This document shows, in pieces, positions 29,853 through 40,039 of a stretch of DNA of 64,000 nucleotides. Position 1 is the first letter of the stretch. Every line of letters begins with the position of its first letter. The stretch spans positions 192,001-256,000 of the forward strand of contig CAWBBV010000007.1 of NCBI GenBank assembly GCA_963787125.1, written 5' to 3'. Made by a program: the position numbers and the translations under genes. The stretch is from an uncultured delta proteobacterium. Lineage in GTDB: Bacteria > Desulfobacterota > Desulfuromonadia > Geobacterales > DSM-12255. A model generated the notes under the pieces. It did no database searches. It saw only the letters and a list, made by a program, of their open reading frames with translations, and was not told the origin of the DNA.

Positions 29853-30608
29853 TTAAAACCCTGACAATAAACATAGTTTTTCATAAACATACCTGTATTT
29901 ATTGTCGACAGATTCACTGGAACTTGTCCTTTTTAATTTAATGTCTGGAAATGATCTGTCGGTTTTGGCATTTGTTAATGTTTCAATCCTATCAAGTCCT
30001 TCGGTACTTACAATCTGGTCATAATGAATGAATAACCATTCACCTTGACTCATATGTGATTCTAATATGTTAGTATATATTGAGTGCCAAACTTCCAATG
30101 CATATTTATAACTCATGGTTAGGGAGTGTAAATATTCCATGTCTTTGCATTCTTTAACTATGCTAAGTGCAGTGATTGATGGCTCCCTGAAAACGCAAAT
30201 AAATACCGTGTTTTCCAGAAAAGGTCGCCAGAAAGGAAGAGTGAAACTGAACCTTGGATCTTTATAGCAAAAAGGGGATTTGTCTACGGCAATAGATATC
30301 TTGTTTTCTATGCTTTTTGAAGGATAAAGCTGTGTTCCTATGGGCATAATTTCTAGCCATCTTTGCCCATCTGAAAACTTTCTTCCAGAAATTAACCTTT
30401 TGATTCTGTCATTTAATTTGAAACGCACATTTGATAAAATTTGCTCATTTATTCCGTTAATAAAGGGATCCTCGAAAAACCCCTTGGGATTACTCTGGCG
30501 AGGAGGCAGCAAATTGTCCCCCATAAAATAGCCAGACTTAGCCAAGGTGCCAGCCACCATGCTCGTGCCGCTTCTACCGGACCCAAGGATTATACAATTG
30601 CGCATCAT
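29853..30608 (-). CDS. Sulfotransferase-family protein
   Basis: ILGSGRSGTS 5'-PSB loop, NPKGFFED, KDPR, FREP. Confidence 0.75.
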   Translation of the reverse strand: MMRNCIILGSGRSGTSMVAGTLAKSGYFMGDNLLPPRQSNPKGFFEDPFINGINEQILSNVRFKLNDRIKRLISGRKFSDGQRWLEIMPIGTQLYPSKSIENKISIAVDKSPFCYKDPRFSFTLPFWRPFLENTVFICVFREPSITALSIVKECKDMEYLHSLTMSYKYALEVWHSIYTNILESHMSQGEWLFIHYDQIVSTEGLDRIETLTNAKTDRSFPDIKLKRTSSSESVDNKYRYVYEKLCLLSGF

Positions 30609-30612
30609 TGTC

Positions 30613-31857
30613 TCACAGTAATATTTTGCAATTCTCAGGAAGTTCTTGCTGATATTTTTCGGCTAAATCTCTTATCGCCTCTGGATTATACAATATGTTG
30701 GTCCAGTTCTGTGGGGATGTGCTATTTACACCATGTTTATCAGCAAAATACTTTTCAGTTCCATGATGTACGACAAATTTGTACAAAAAATGGTTAACAT
30801 AACTAGGATTAGCATTATGATTAATATCATTAATCAATTTCCGCGTTAGTGACCTGTCTTGCTCTGTTTGGTCAGGATAGCAAAATATATACTGTGCCAT
30901 TACGTTTATATTATTATCAGTAAGTTCTTTAACGAAGGCTACTATCAACTCATTGCTAACATTAGGTTTGTTCATACTATTACGTTCTCTGATCGAACCT
31001 GATTCAATGCCTATCCTGACCTCTTTAACGCCAGACTTGGCCATCAAGTTTACGTACATCCCGTAATCGCTTTTTATCTGTAATCCGAAAATATGGCCGT
31101 AAGGCTTATTACTTATACCAGAAAGCGCTTCGAACAACATTTTAGTCCGGTTACTATTTACATTCAAGTTTGAATCGTTAAACATAACCATTTTAACGTC
31201 TTTTATCGACTCAATTTGATCAACAACAGATTCAATGTCGTGATAATAGTACGTGTGATTCTGTGTGCAGAAATTACAATTATTAGGACAGCCTCTTGTA
31301 GTTATTACAGGCAGTATGCCGTTATAATCTGATAAATCCATTTGACTATAATCAGGGACGTATTTTTTTGAAGCAATTAATGGCTCTGTAATGATTCCCT
31401 TATTAGTTATTGCAGCCAAGATACCTTCTTCTCCATAACCGCTAACAACTGTATCAAATATGTTCAACTCTAATAATTCTTTCTCATTGTATGAAGCGCA
31501 AGGGCCACCAGCAATACACCTCACATGTTTACATAATCTTAAAGCCATTTCTTTTGAATATCTAAACGTTGGATAAGAAAGATGAAAACCGACAAGATCC
31601 GGATTCATATCCAATATTCTAGTGCAATAATTATCCATCTCTCCATAGGCAAAATGATAAACATCGTTGTGTGAATCAATTTCAAAGTCTCTATTATATG
31701 CAATAGAATCTGGATATTTTTTATTCAATTCCACATTGAAATCAATTATATGAATCTCATGCCCTGCGTTTTTTAATTCTGTTGACAGATATGCAAGGCC
31801 AACAGGAGGGCCAGATCTTGTATTTATAAACGGAGCTCTAATCAACACAATTTTCAC
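30613..31857 (-). CDS. Cobalamin-binding radical SAM protein
   Basis: PPVGLAYL..L...GH N-terminal B12-binding domain, TRGCPNNCNFC, GIESGS. Confidence 0.85.
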   Translation of the reverse strand: MKIVLIRAPFINTRSGPPVGLAYLSTELKNAGHEIHIIDFNVELNKKYPDSIAYNRDFEIDSHNDVYHFAYGEMDNYCTRILDMNPDLVGFHLSYPTFRYSKEMALRLCKHVRCIAGGPCASYNEKELLELNIFDTVVSGYGEEGILAAITNKGIITEPLIASKKYVPDYSQMDLSDYNGILPVITTRGCPNNCNFCTQNHTYYYHDIESVVDQIESIKDVKMVMFNDSNLNVNSNRTKMLFEALSGISNKPYGHIFGLQIKSDYGMYVNLMAKSGVKEVRIGIESGSIRERNSMNKPNVSNELIVAFVKELTDNNINVMAQYIFCYPDQTEQDRSLTRKLINDINHNANPSYVNHFLYKFVVHHGTEKYFADKHGVNSTSPQNWTNILYNPEAIRDLAEKYQQELPENCKILL

Positions 31858-31947
31858 AAAACCAACTCCTCCAACTGAGAATGATTCACTTGAGCGCTAA
31901 AGCAGTACCGAATGAATATTTAGGTTCAAGGTATTTAAGGAAATCAG

Positions 31948-33591
31948 TTATGATTTATCCATGATCAGCTGTTCTTTCGGTGAAAAAATATCTTGCCAAT
32001 AGGCTCGGTGGCGAGCATATGTGTCCCTCAAAGTCACTTCTGGCGGCAATGCTGACTCGAAGCGCTTATCCCAATCATGGCCATAATTTTCGATGAAATA
32101 ATGAGCCGCAAATTTCTTCGCATTCTCGTTGTATTCAGCGCGACTCACTACATTTTTAGTCTGCCCGTAGGTGGTGCCTCCGAGATGGTCATAGTGCACC
32201 GTATCGCAATAGGCGACCATCCATTTGCCGGTACGGTACAATTTATAGCAGAGTTCATGAATGGAACCCCAAGAGTAGCGAAAATTCGGATTCAGAAACC
32301 CTACACTTTTTAGGGCTTCACCGCGCATCATAAAAGATAGGTATTCACACACAGGTACTTTGCGAAAAGTTTGCCCTTTTTGTGGTTTTGAACCCGGATA
32401 ATCTCTGCCCTTTTCAATGCTGGTTGGGCTAAGTATTCCTAATTCCGGATGATTATCCATCAGTTGTATCATTATATCCATGGCGTCAGGCTGGTCGTCA
32501 TAAAGCAGATCGTTCATCATTACCCAATAATAGCGATAGTCGGCTGTCAAAGCTGCTTGACGAATCCCTACATTATGCCCATAGCATTTGCCCCGGAAAT
32601 CCTTGTCTTCGTATTCAATTGTAGTAAAAGGGCTTCGCTCTTCAGGTTCGGAACCTATATCCACGACAAAGATATCGTAACTTAGGTTGTGGGTATTGTT
32701 AAAGCTCCCAATTTGTTGACAAAGAGAGTCTGTCAAATCTCGCCTATTACGGTTAACCAGAACAATCGCAAGGTCTTTCTTTGGAGTTGAAGCGAATTCA
32801 ATTGGACGAAGCAACCCGCTCGGTTCCCATATTTTTTTCTTAATATCATCCATTGCGGCTTCCTCTGCATCCGTATCATTTTGGTTGGCTACTCTTTTAT
32901 AACCCATCCTCACAAGTTCGCTACCGAATGCCTCGTCACATAATGAGAGTTCATGGTAACTCATCTCGTGATAACACCGCTCAGTGGTTCCCTTGTTGAA
33001 GTTCCATGCAGTCTCTTTCAATGCTTCATGTTTTTCGTAAAGCGTACGAAGCTCTTCATCTGTAATCTTAAAGTTGAAAAAACGAGCCATCTTTTCCAGT
33101 ACTTGGATTTTATCATCCATAAAATCTTCGTAACGAATGAATAGTGCCTTCCCGAAAGCTTTCCAGGCGAAATAAGTCTCTATGCTACTGCGAGCGAAAG
33201 AGATTCCATCAGATATTGTTTGGAGCGTCGCAAAGGCTCCTGAAGGATCTAATCCGTTACGAGTTCTTTTTGCATGATCCAATACCGATAAAATAGTATC
33301 ACGAGGGTCGCGAAATGAAAAAGTAGCTCTTGCTTCACCTGCGTCAATCAGCGATTTGATAGCCTTAGTGGGGTGAGAGTGGATTTTTACAACGAAAGGT
33401 CCGTAATTATCACGAACCCTGCGAAGAGTGTCTGCTATGTTGTCATCTATTGTGTCGAGGTAACCTTTGTAGGAGTATTTATTTACTTCTTCAAGTCCGT
33501 TCCTAGGGCTAACACATCGTATCAAGTCTCGTTGATATTGAATAGTCAATGTAGTGCCTGATTTAGGCATTCCCGCATTAATTATTATCAT
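31948..33591 (-). CDS. Sulfotransferase / GT2-like fusion protein
   Basis: AGMPKSGTT and RDPRD..LS, RYEDF in the N-half; VVDIGS, MMNDL, HLGG in the C-half. Confidence 0.7.
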   Translation of the reverse strand: MIIINAGMPKSGTTLTIQYQRDLIRCVSPRNGLEEVNKYSYKGYLDTIDDNIADTLRRVRDNYGPFVVKIHSHPTKAIKSLIDAGEARATFSFRDPRDTILSVLDHAKRTRNGLDPSGAFATLQTISDGISFARSSIETYFAWKAFGKALFIRYEDFMDDKIQVLEKMARFFNFKITDEELRTLYEKHEALKETAWNFNKGTTERCYHEMSYHELSLCDEAFGSELVRMGYKRVANQNDTDAEEAAMDDIKKKIWEPSGLLRPIEFASTPKKDLAIVLVNRNRRDLTDSLCQQIGSFNNTHNLSYDIFVVDIGSEPEERSPFTTIEYEDKDFRGKCYGHNVGIRQAALTADYRYYWVMMNDLLYDDQPDAMDIMIQLMDNHPELGILSPTSIEKGRDYPGSKPQKGQTFRKVPVCEYLSFMMRGEALKSVGFLNPNFRYSWGSIHELCYKLYRTGKWMVAYCDTVHYDHLGGTTYGQTKNVVSRAEYNENAKKFAAHYFIENYGHDWDKRFESALPPEVTLRDTYARHRAYWQDIFSPKEQLIMDKS

Positions 33592-33630
33592 TGCTAGATC
33601 CCTCTTAGACCGTAAATAAAATAAATAAGG

Positions 33631-34014
33631 TCACGGCACATCCTCTTCGCGATGAACCACTTTATTGCCAACACCCATGTCCTTTAGTTGCCGGGCAATT
33701 TCTTCTACGAGAATGTAACTTCGGTGCCGTCCAGAATTGCACCCAAAAGCAAAAACCTGAGTTTGGTCAAGAGGCGCCAACATTTTGATGAGAGGTACAA
33801 CATACTTTAGGAATTCGATCACCGGGGGCTGCTCAAGAACAAATGCGCGCATTTCTGAATCGGGCCTTGAAAAGAAGCTCCACTTGGGATCACGAGCAGG
33901 ATTCTTAATAAAACCAACATCAAAATAGTAATTCGCATTTGGTATACCGTATTTGAATCCGAAAGACATCAGTTTTACATTCTGCTTTCTCGTCATTAGA
34001 CATCCTTTGTCCAT
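33631..34014 (-). CDS. Stand-alone RapZ/YvcJ C-terminal-like domain
   Basis: SFGFKYGIP, FDV.FIKNP, FGCNSGRHRS resemble the RapZ C-domain motifs. Confidence 0.75.
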   Translation of the reverse strand: MDKGCLMTRKQNVKLMSFGFKYGIPNANYYFDVGFIKNPARDPKWSFFSRPDSEMRAFVLEQPPVIEFLKYVVPLIKMLAPLDQTQVFAFGCNSGRHRSYILVEEIARQLKDMGVGNKVVHREEDVP

Positions 34015-34038
34015 TGGATTAAAGAATCACTTGGTAAT

Positions 34039-34740
34039 CTATTTTAATTTTACTGCTCTGATTAGGATGTTGTATGGATAAACATCATCTTTAGTATTAA
34101 GATCACTCTCAGAAAAATCTTCTGCAACCATTCCCATCAAGCTACCGGTACTAACCATGCAATTTCCACCATAGCTTATCTGTTCTAGGTAAAATCCAGC
34201 ATCTTCAAGAATGAGACGACATCCATCAAGTGTAAATCTGCGATAGTCGCTTGGGCACCCATGCACATTATTGATGAATGGAGCTGTAAACAAAAGAATC
34301 CCATTGTCTTTTAACATGAAAAATAAAGATTTTGCAGCGCTCTCGGGGTATTTTAAATGCTCAAACACTTGGGTACATACAATACAATCGAATTTTTTGT
34401 TTGGTAGTTCATTCATATTATGTATGTCAGCAATATATGTAATCCCCGGCTCATTCGATACAGATATTGTTTCATAAGATTCAAATCCATTGAAAAATTT
34501 CTTGTATCTTGCAGAGGCACCAAACTCAAGAATATCTCCATGTATATTATTACCATTCGATTTTACAAACTGTTCAACATAGTATCTGCCAACAGGAGTA
34601 CCTCTTTCTACGCCAAAATTGCGACTGAGTGGCAGTATATTTAATTTGTGTAGATGTCTATGTAATGCACAATAAATCTTAAGAAAGATAATGTTTATCA
34701 TTGGAGTAAACTCACTATTTACAGTTTTATTGTATACCAA
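34039..34740 (-). CDS. Class I SAM-dependent methyltransferase
   Basis: ILEFG, FDCIVCTQVFEH, LKDNG, HGCPSDYRRFT. Confidence 0.8.
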   Translation of the reverse strand: MVYNKTVNSEFTPMINIIFLKIYCALHRHLHKLNILPLSRNFGVERGTPVGRYYVEQFVKSNGNNIHGDILEFGASARYKKFFNGFESYETISVSNEPGITYIADIHNMNELPNKKFDCIVCTQVFEHLKYPESAAKSLFFMLKDNGILLFTAPFINNVHGCPSDYRRFTLDGCRLILEDAGFYLEQISYGGNCMVSTGSLMGMVAEDFSESDLNTKDDVYPYNILIRAVKLK

Positions 34741-34751
34741 TTTATATAGTA

Positions 34752-36089
34752 TCAGGGAGTCAGATAGATATTCTTAACAGTGACCTTCGGCTCCAAGTTT
34801 ACAATCGAACGCTTTAAAGCATTACTTTCCCCAACGACAACAAAATGAATATGATCTGGCAGTTCGTCAAAATCCTCTTCTTTGTTGGCCGCCCTAAATG
34901 TTAGAAAATAGTCTCCAGGTGCAAGCCACATCCTCAAGTAAACTCTCCCCTCAACCACACTCCCTCTTTTTTGTGGATTTATAGCAACTTTTTGAATATC
35001 ACTATTAGTTGAAAATAGAAACAAACCCATTGCATTAGTTATTGGATATCCAACATGGAGTTTATCTATGTCGACATAAGTGAGTATTTTAGTGAAAAAG
35101 GTGTAATGTTTACCTGATTCTAGGATGGTAGTTCTGTTCCCGTCATTATCAGTTATCCCACAATCAATGATCTCTGCTTTTTTCTGACCATCCCAGGTTG
35201 TTAATTTAGCTTCAACCTGCTTTTTCAGCTTTTCATTGTTATGGATTACTCCAACTTGATTCTTGCTTGTTTCTGAAAGACATTCGGATGTGTCTGATAA
35301 TTCGTCGTCAAAAGAATTCATTGTTCTATCTTTTACCATCACATGATCTAGCATTAGTCTTTGATAAACTCTTGTGACGTTTTTAGGTATCCCATGTTCT
35401 ATAACTTTACCGCCACTCAATAGATAAGCATAATCGCACAGAATATTTACTGAATCCAACCCATGTGAAACAAACAGTATAGTTTTGTTGCTTTCATGAA
35501 ATGATTCAAGCTTTGCGTAACACTTTCGTTGGAATCTTATATCTCCAACAGCAAGAGCTTCGTCAACAATGAGAATATCCGCATCAACGTTTATTGCAAC
35601 GGCAAATGCAAGTCTTATGAACATGCCACTAGAATAAATCTTTACTGGTTGATAAATAAAGTCTCCGATATCAGCGAAAGAAAGTATATCGTCTAGTTTT
35701 TCGTCGATTTCTACTCTGGAATGCCCCATAAGTGTGCCATTAAAATAAACATTCTCAAGCCCGGTCAACTCGGGGTTAAACCCTGCACCAAGTTCTAATA
35801 GTGCCGAGACTTTACCGTTTACTATAACACTCCCGCTTGTAGGAGTCAGGATGCCGGTTATTGCTTTCAGTAGTGTAGATTTACCAGAACCGTTCATTCC
35901 AATGATACCAACGGTCTCTCCTCTCCTTATCTCAAAGCTAACATCATCAAGTGCATGGAAATCTCGATGATATTTTATCCCGAAAGGATTCAACGACTCC
36001 TTGAAACGGTCCAGAATTGAATCATAAAGTTTATAAGTTTTTGTGAGATTATTTATTTTAACTGCCACTTCCCCAGTCATTAACTGCAA
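34752..36089 (-). CDS. wzt: Wzt-type polysaccharide ABC exporter ATPase with C-terminal carbohydrate-binding domain
   Basis: GMNGSGKST, LELGAGFNPELTG, YSSGM..RLAFA, DEALAVGD. Confidence 0.9.
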   Translation of the reverse strand: MQLMTGEVAVKINNLTKTYKLYDSILDRFKESLNPFGIKYHRDFHALDDVSFEIRRGETVGIIGMNGSGKSTLLKAITGILTPTSGSVIVNGKVSALLELGAGFNPELTGLENVYFNGTLMGHSRVEIDEKLDDILSFADIGDFIYQPVKIYSSGMFIRLAFAVAINVDADILIVDEALAVGDIRFQRKCYAKLESFHESNKTILFVSHGLDSVNILCDYAYLLSGGKVIEHGIPKNVTRVYQRLMLDHVMVKDRTMNSFDDELSDTSECLSETSKNQVGVIHNNEKLKKQVEAKLTTWDGQKKAEIIDCGITDNDGNRTTILESGKHYTFFTKILTYVDIDKLHVGYPITNAMGLFLFSTNSDIQKVAINPQKRGSVVEGRVYLRMWLAPGDYFLTFRAANKEEDFDELPDHIHFVVVGESNALKRSIVNLEPKVTVKNIYLTP

Positions 36090-36160
36090 CCCCCAGCATC
36101 AATTATATTGAAACTTACATTTCAAAGATGTTGACATCATAACGTTGTGAAAGCCTAAGT

Positions 36161-37204
36161 TCAACATTTTAACTTAATCAACCCGCCATATTCCTCTAAC
36201 TTCTTTGGTCTATTCATGTATCCTGCCCAGCCGTTGGCCAAACATGTTTTGCACATAGAAGAATTTAGTTGCTTGAATTTACTGATATCATCAGGGGTCA
36301 TAGATAGAAACTCAACGCTTTGTTTGTAAAAGTCGTAACAAGAACAGCAAAAAACAAGTGTAGCATCCGCATCAATAACAAGGAACTCAGACTGTTTGCA
36401 TGTTTGAGCATTTGCGTTCAGTTGGAGCGCTTGCAAAATAAATTCGGTAAAAACTGAATTATCTACAAAGCTTTTGATGGGCTCTTCTAAGCAGTTATTG
36501 CACCAATCGCGAATTGCTTCAATAGATCCAAGGTGCCCGTAATATGGTATTATCCCAATTCCGAGTTCATTGCAGAGGGTCTTAGCTGATTCGTATTGAA
36601 ACTCGTTGTGGCGATAACGGTGCCATCGAATCGCCACATTCAATGGCCTAATCTGGTTATGGGCTAACATTGCTAAACTCTTTAGATTTCTAATAACCAG
36701 GTTAAAATCACCTTTCCTATGGCTCAGGTTGTAAATGCCCTGCGTAATGCCGGAGATTGACACCTGAACGAAATCAAGACCCGATCTTGCAATTTCAGAC
36801 ATATCACAATCAACCGATAGTGAAGTAGAAATACCTATTTCCTCTAACCCAGACTCCCTTGCAATCTTCACAATCGCTGAAAACTGAGGATGCAATAAGG
36901 GTTCTCCCCAATTGCCCATTATCAGGGTTTTGATGTGAAATTCTTCGCGAATTTTTACAAAGCATTTACGCGCAGTTTCCAAATCTAATACAGTTGTTGG
37001 ATGCTGAGTAACTGTATTTCTTCCAACAGGACAAGGAATGCATTTTACCGGACATCCACTCACAGTTTCTAGGTAAGCAAACGTATATTGGTTAACTATT
37101 TCAATTGCATTATTATCGTTTTTTTCCCGTAAAGCACTCTTTGAAGATTTCCCGAATAATTTTTGCACTACATTAAATATTTTGCGAGTCTCATTTCGAA
37201 TCAT
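36161..37204 (-). CDS. Radical SAM protein with Cys-rich C-terminus
   Basis: CPVKCIPC (CxxxCxxC), GEPLLHP, C-terminal C..CCSC..CKTC. Confidence 0.8.
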   Translation of the reverse strand: MIRNETRKIFNVVQKLFGKSSKSALREKNDNNAIEIVNQYTFAYLETVSGCPVKCIPCPVGRNTVTQHPTTVLDLETARKCFVKIREEFHIKTLIMGNWGEPLLHPQFSAIVKIARESGLEEIGISTSLSVDCDMSEIARSGLDFVQVSISGITQGIYNLSHRKGDFNLVIRNLKSLAMLAHNQIRPLNVAIRWHRYRHNEFQYESAKTLCNELGIGIIPYYGHLGSIEAIRDWCNNCLEEPIKSFVDNSVFTEFILQALQLNANAQTCKQSEFLVIDADATLVFCCSCYDFYKQSVEFLSMTPDDISKFKQLNSSMCKTCLANGWAGYMNRPKKLEEYGGLIKLKC

Positions 37205-37321
37205 TTAAGCTCCATACTTAATATTGAATGCGTAATAAATAAGAAGAGGCGATTACATTCTTAGATGTAAACGCCTCCTTTGCAATTAGCATATGCTTGA
37301 ATTTACACTTTAAATTTATAC

Positions 37322-38068
37322 TTAGTAAGCTGTAAAGCTAGTCCTTTTCCATGAATTTGTTGCTGAACATACATACAAGAAGCCATTCGGAGCATCAAGA
37401 ATCAGGTCACCAACCGTACACGTTGCGTTATTTGCTGGGGCTGCAGGGTGATTTGAAAGACGTAGGCGACCATCACTCGCAATTCTCATGCGTTCAAGTT
37501 TTACATTCTGGTTAGCACCGGTCCAAAAATTGATATTCATTGGAGCATTACCTTGAGAATATGTTCCGGGATCAAGAGTAAAAATTAAGCTAGCACTAGC
37601 AGTATAACCGCCGCTATTTGCTATATCAATATTGCCGTCATATGCTAGTGCGTGGAATGCACCTATATTTGCGCCAGAGCCTGGAACGCCGGGAGCTGCT
37701 TCAGTTCCAGACGCTTTTTTAATATTAATAATTGCAGCAGCTCCACCAGCAGCATACTGACTGATTGTAAGACCACGGTCAAATGGTGCCGTTGGTTCTG
37801 AAATATGTAACGAAGTAAGTGGATTGGTGGTTCCAAATCCGAATTTTTTTGTTGCGGGCTTAAACATGAGGTTTGACGCAGACATTTGACCGTCCGCAGC
37901 AATTGTTAAACCTGGTGTCGTGACAACGCCTGTATCGCTGACCTTAAATACATCCGCTGTTCCACCTGCATTCTTCACAATCAACTTATCCGCACCCATC
38001 GCCGGAACCGCGAGAGCAACAACCGCTGCTGCTGCCAGCATTACTTTACAAATCTTCTTCATAACCAT
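37322..38068 (-). CDS. Secreted fibre-like hypothetical protein
   Basis: Signal peptide; FGFGTTNP, ERMRIASDG, CTVGD..FLYVCSATNSWKR. Confidence 0.65.
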   Translation of the reverse strand: MVMKKICKVMLAAAAVVALAVPAMGADKLIVKNAGGTADVFKVSDTGVVTTPGLTIAADGQMSASNLMFKPATKKFGFGTTNPLTSLHISEPTAPFDRGLTISQYAAGGAAAIINIKKASGTEAAPGVPGSGANIGAFHALAYDGNIDIANSGGYTASASLIFTLDPGTYSQGNAPMNINFWTGANQNVKLERMRIASDGRLRLSNHPAAPANNATCTVGDLILDAPNGFLYVCSATNSWKRTSFTAY

Positions 38069-38142
38069 CCTCCTAGTTTTTGTTAAGAGTTATCGGGCTC
38101 TATTTAGTTTTAACGCCGTTATTTAACAACCATAGCCTTTAT

Positions 38143-38313
38143 TTCACGTAATGCTTGAGACTTTATCAGGAAATTATGCCCAATGCAAATAGCTATTTTT
38201 CAAAGGAAACGTTTAATAGGTCATGGGCTGACGAGAGTATCTTGCATTGTTAATGCCGAAGTGGAGGGGAGGGGGCAGAATCGTTTATGGATGAAACAAA
38301 GTCTTTCTCTTTA
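38143..38313 (-). promoter_or_regulatory. ~170-bp promoter-bearing block, copy 1 (TTGCAT-N17-TAAAGT at 38188-38160)
   Basis: Near-identical to ~40850-41010; promoter boxes conserved in both. Confidence 0.65.
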
Positions 38314-39063
38314 GCCACGGATGTCACGGATGTTCACGGATAAAACCTTTAGAATCTTCTTGGTTAAAACCTTATTGGTTAGCCTTACATCCGTGTTAAT
38401 CCGTGTAATCCGTGGCAAAGAATTTTTTCTGAAGACCTTTAGCCACGGATGTCACGGATGTTCACGGATAAAACCTTTAGAATCTTCTTGGTTAAAACCT
38501 TATTGGTTAGCCTTACATCCGTGTTAATCCGTGTAATCCGTGGCAAAGAATTTTTTCTGAAGACCTTTAGCCACGGATGTCACGGATGTTCACGGATAAA
38601 ACCTTTAGAATCTTCTTGGTTAAAACCTTATTGGTTGGCCTTACATCGGTGCTAATCCGTGTAATCCGTGGCAAATGCCTTTTTTCTGAAGACCTTTAGC
38701 CACGGATGTCACGGATGTTCACGGATAAAATCTTTAGAATCTTCTTGGTTAAAACCTTATTGGTTGGCCTTACATCGGTGCTAATCCGTGTAATCCGTGG
38801 CAAATGCCTTTTTTATCTGAAAACCTTTAGCCACGGATGTCACGGATGTTCACGGATAAAATCTTTAGAATCTTTTTGGTTAAAACCTTTATTGGTTAGC
38901 CTTACATCCGTGCTAATCCGTGTAATCCGTGGCAGAAAGCCTTAATTCTCTAAATCTTTAGCCACTGATGTCACGGATGTTCACGGATAAAGTCTTTAGA
39001 ATCTTCTTGGTTAAAACCTTCTGGGTTGGCCTTTCATCAGTGTAAATCCGTGTAATCCGTGGC
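38314..39063. repeat. Hairpin-repeat array 1: six ~128-131-bp units
   Basis: Units start at 38314, 38442, 38570, 38699, 38830, 38961; each GCCACGGATGTCACGGATGTTCACGGAT...ATCCGTGTAATCCGTGGC. Confidence 0.95.
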
Positions 39064-39079
39064 AGAGAATTTTTTCTGC

Positions 39080-39457
39080 TTATAATACGAATCGTTTAAA
39101 TTCAGCACGTTCACTGCCGAAATTTACCAAGAGGCCAACCTGGATTCCAGTGGCTTTCAAGTAGTTTATCAACTGTGCCTGATGTACCGGCTTCAGGGAA
39201 TCCACTGCCTTCAACTCAACGATAACCTGATTCTCAACCAGAATATCTGGATAATAAAGCCCAACATCTTCACCCTTGTAGATGACATGCAGCTCCTTCT
39301 GCTCTTCCAACAGCGAGCCTCTCAGTTGAAGCTCCCTTACCAGTGCCTTCTGATAGACTGCTTCAAGAAAGCCCGGTCCGAGAATAGAATGAACCTCATA
39401 AATTGCTCCGATTATCCTGGAGGTAAGCTCTTCAGCGATCAAATTCGTGCAATTCAT
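39080..39457 (-). CDS. GxxExxY protein (PD-(D/E)XK nuclease-like)
   Basis: GPGFLEAVYQKAL (GxxExxY), YPDILVENQVIVELK, AQLINYLKATG..GLLVNFG. Confidence 0.92.
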   Translation of the reverse strand: MNCTNLIAEELTSRIIGAIYEVHSILGPGFLEAVYQKALVRELQLRGSLLEEQKELHVIYKGEDVGLYYPDILVENQVIVELKAVDSLKPVHQAQLINYLKATGIQVGLLVNFGSERAEFKRFVL

Positions 39458-39484
39458 TGAATAAACCTCTTCTTAAAACCCTTA

Positions 39485-40037
39485 GCCACGGATGTCACGG
39501 ATTAACACGGATAAAGTCTTTAGAATCTTCTTGGTTAAAACCTTATTGGTTAGCCTTTCATCAGTGTAAATCCGTGTAATCCGTGGCAAAAAAGCCTTTG
39601 ACTAAAAATCCTTAGCCACGGATGTCACGGATTAACACGGATAAAACCTTTTGAAATCTTTTTTTGGTTAAACACTTTATATTCTGTTTTTCATCGGTGT
39701 AAATCCGTGTAATCCGTGGATAAAGGCCTTTGACTTAAAACCCTTGGCCACGGATGTCACGGATGAACACGGAAAGAACCTTTTGACATCTTTTTTTGGT
39801 TAAACACTTTAGATTCTGTTTTTCATCGGTGTAAATCCGTGTAATCCGTGGATAAAGGCCTTTGACTTAAAACCCTTGGCCACGGATGTCACGGATGAAC
39901 ACGGAAAGAACCTTTTGACATCTTTTTTTGGTTAAACACTTTAGATTCTGTTTTTCATCGGTGTAAATCCGTGTAATCCGTGGTTAAAAGCATTTGACTT
40001 AAAACACTTATCCACGTATGTCACGGATGCCCACGGT
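39485..40037. repeat. Hairpin-repeat array 2: four units plus a degenerate left arm
   Basis: Units at 39485, 39615, 39747, 39879; half unit at ~40011 abutting the HEPN stop codon. Confidence 0.93.
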
Positions 40038-40039
40038 GA

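Noticed and set aside
38321..38945. Short ORFs MSRMFTDK... in array 1
   Set aside because: Products of repeat periodicity, frameshifting between units, no RBS
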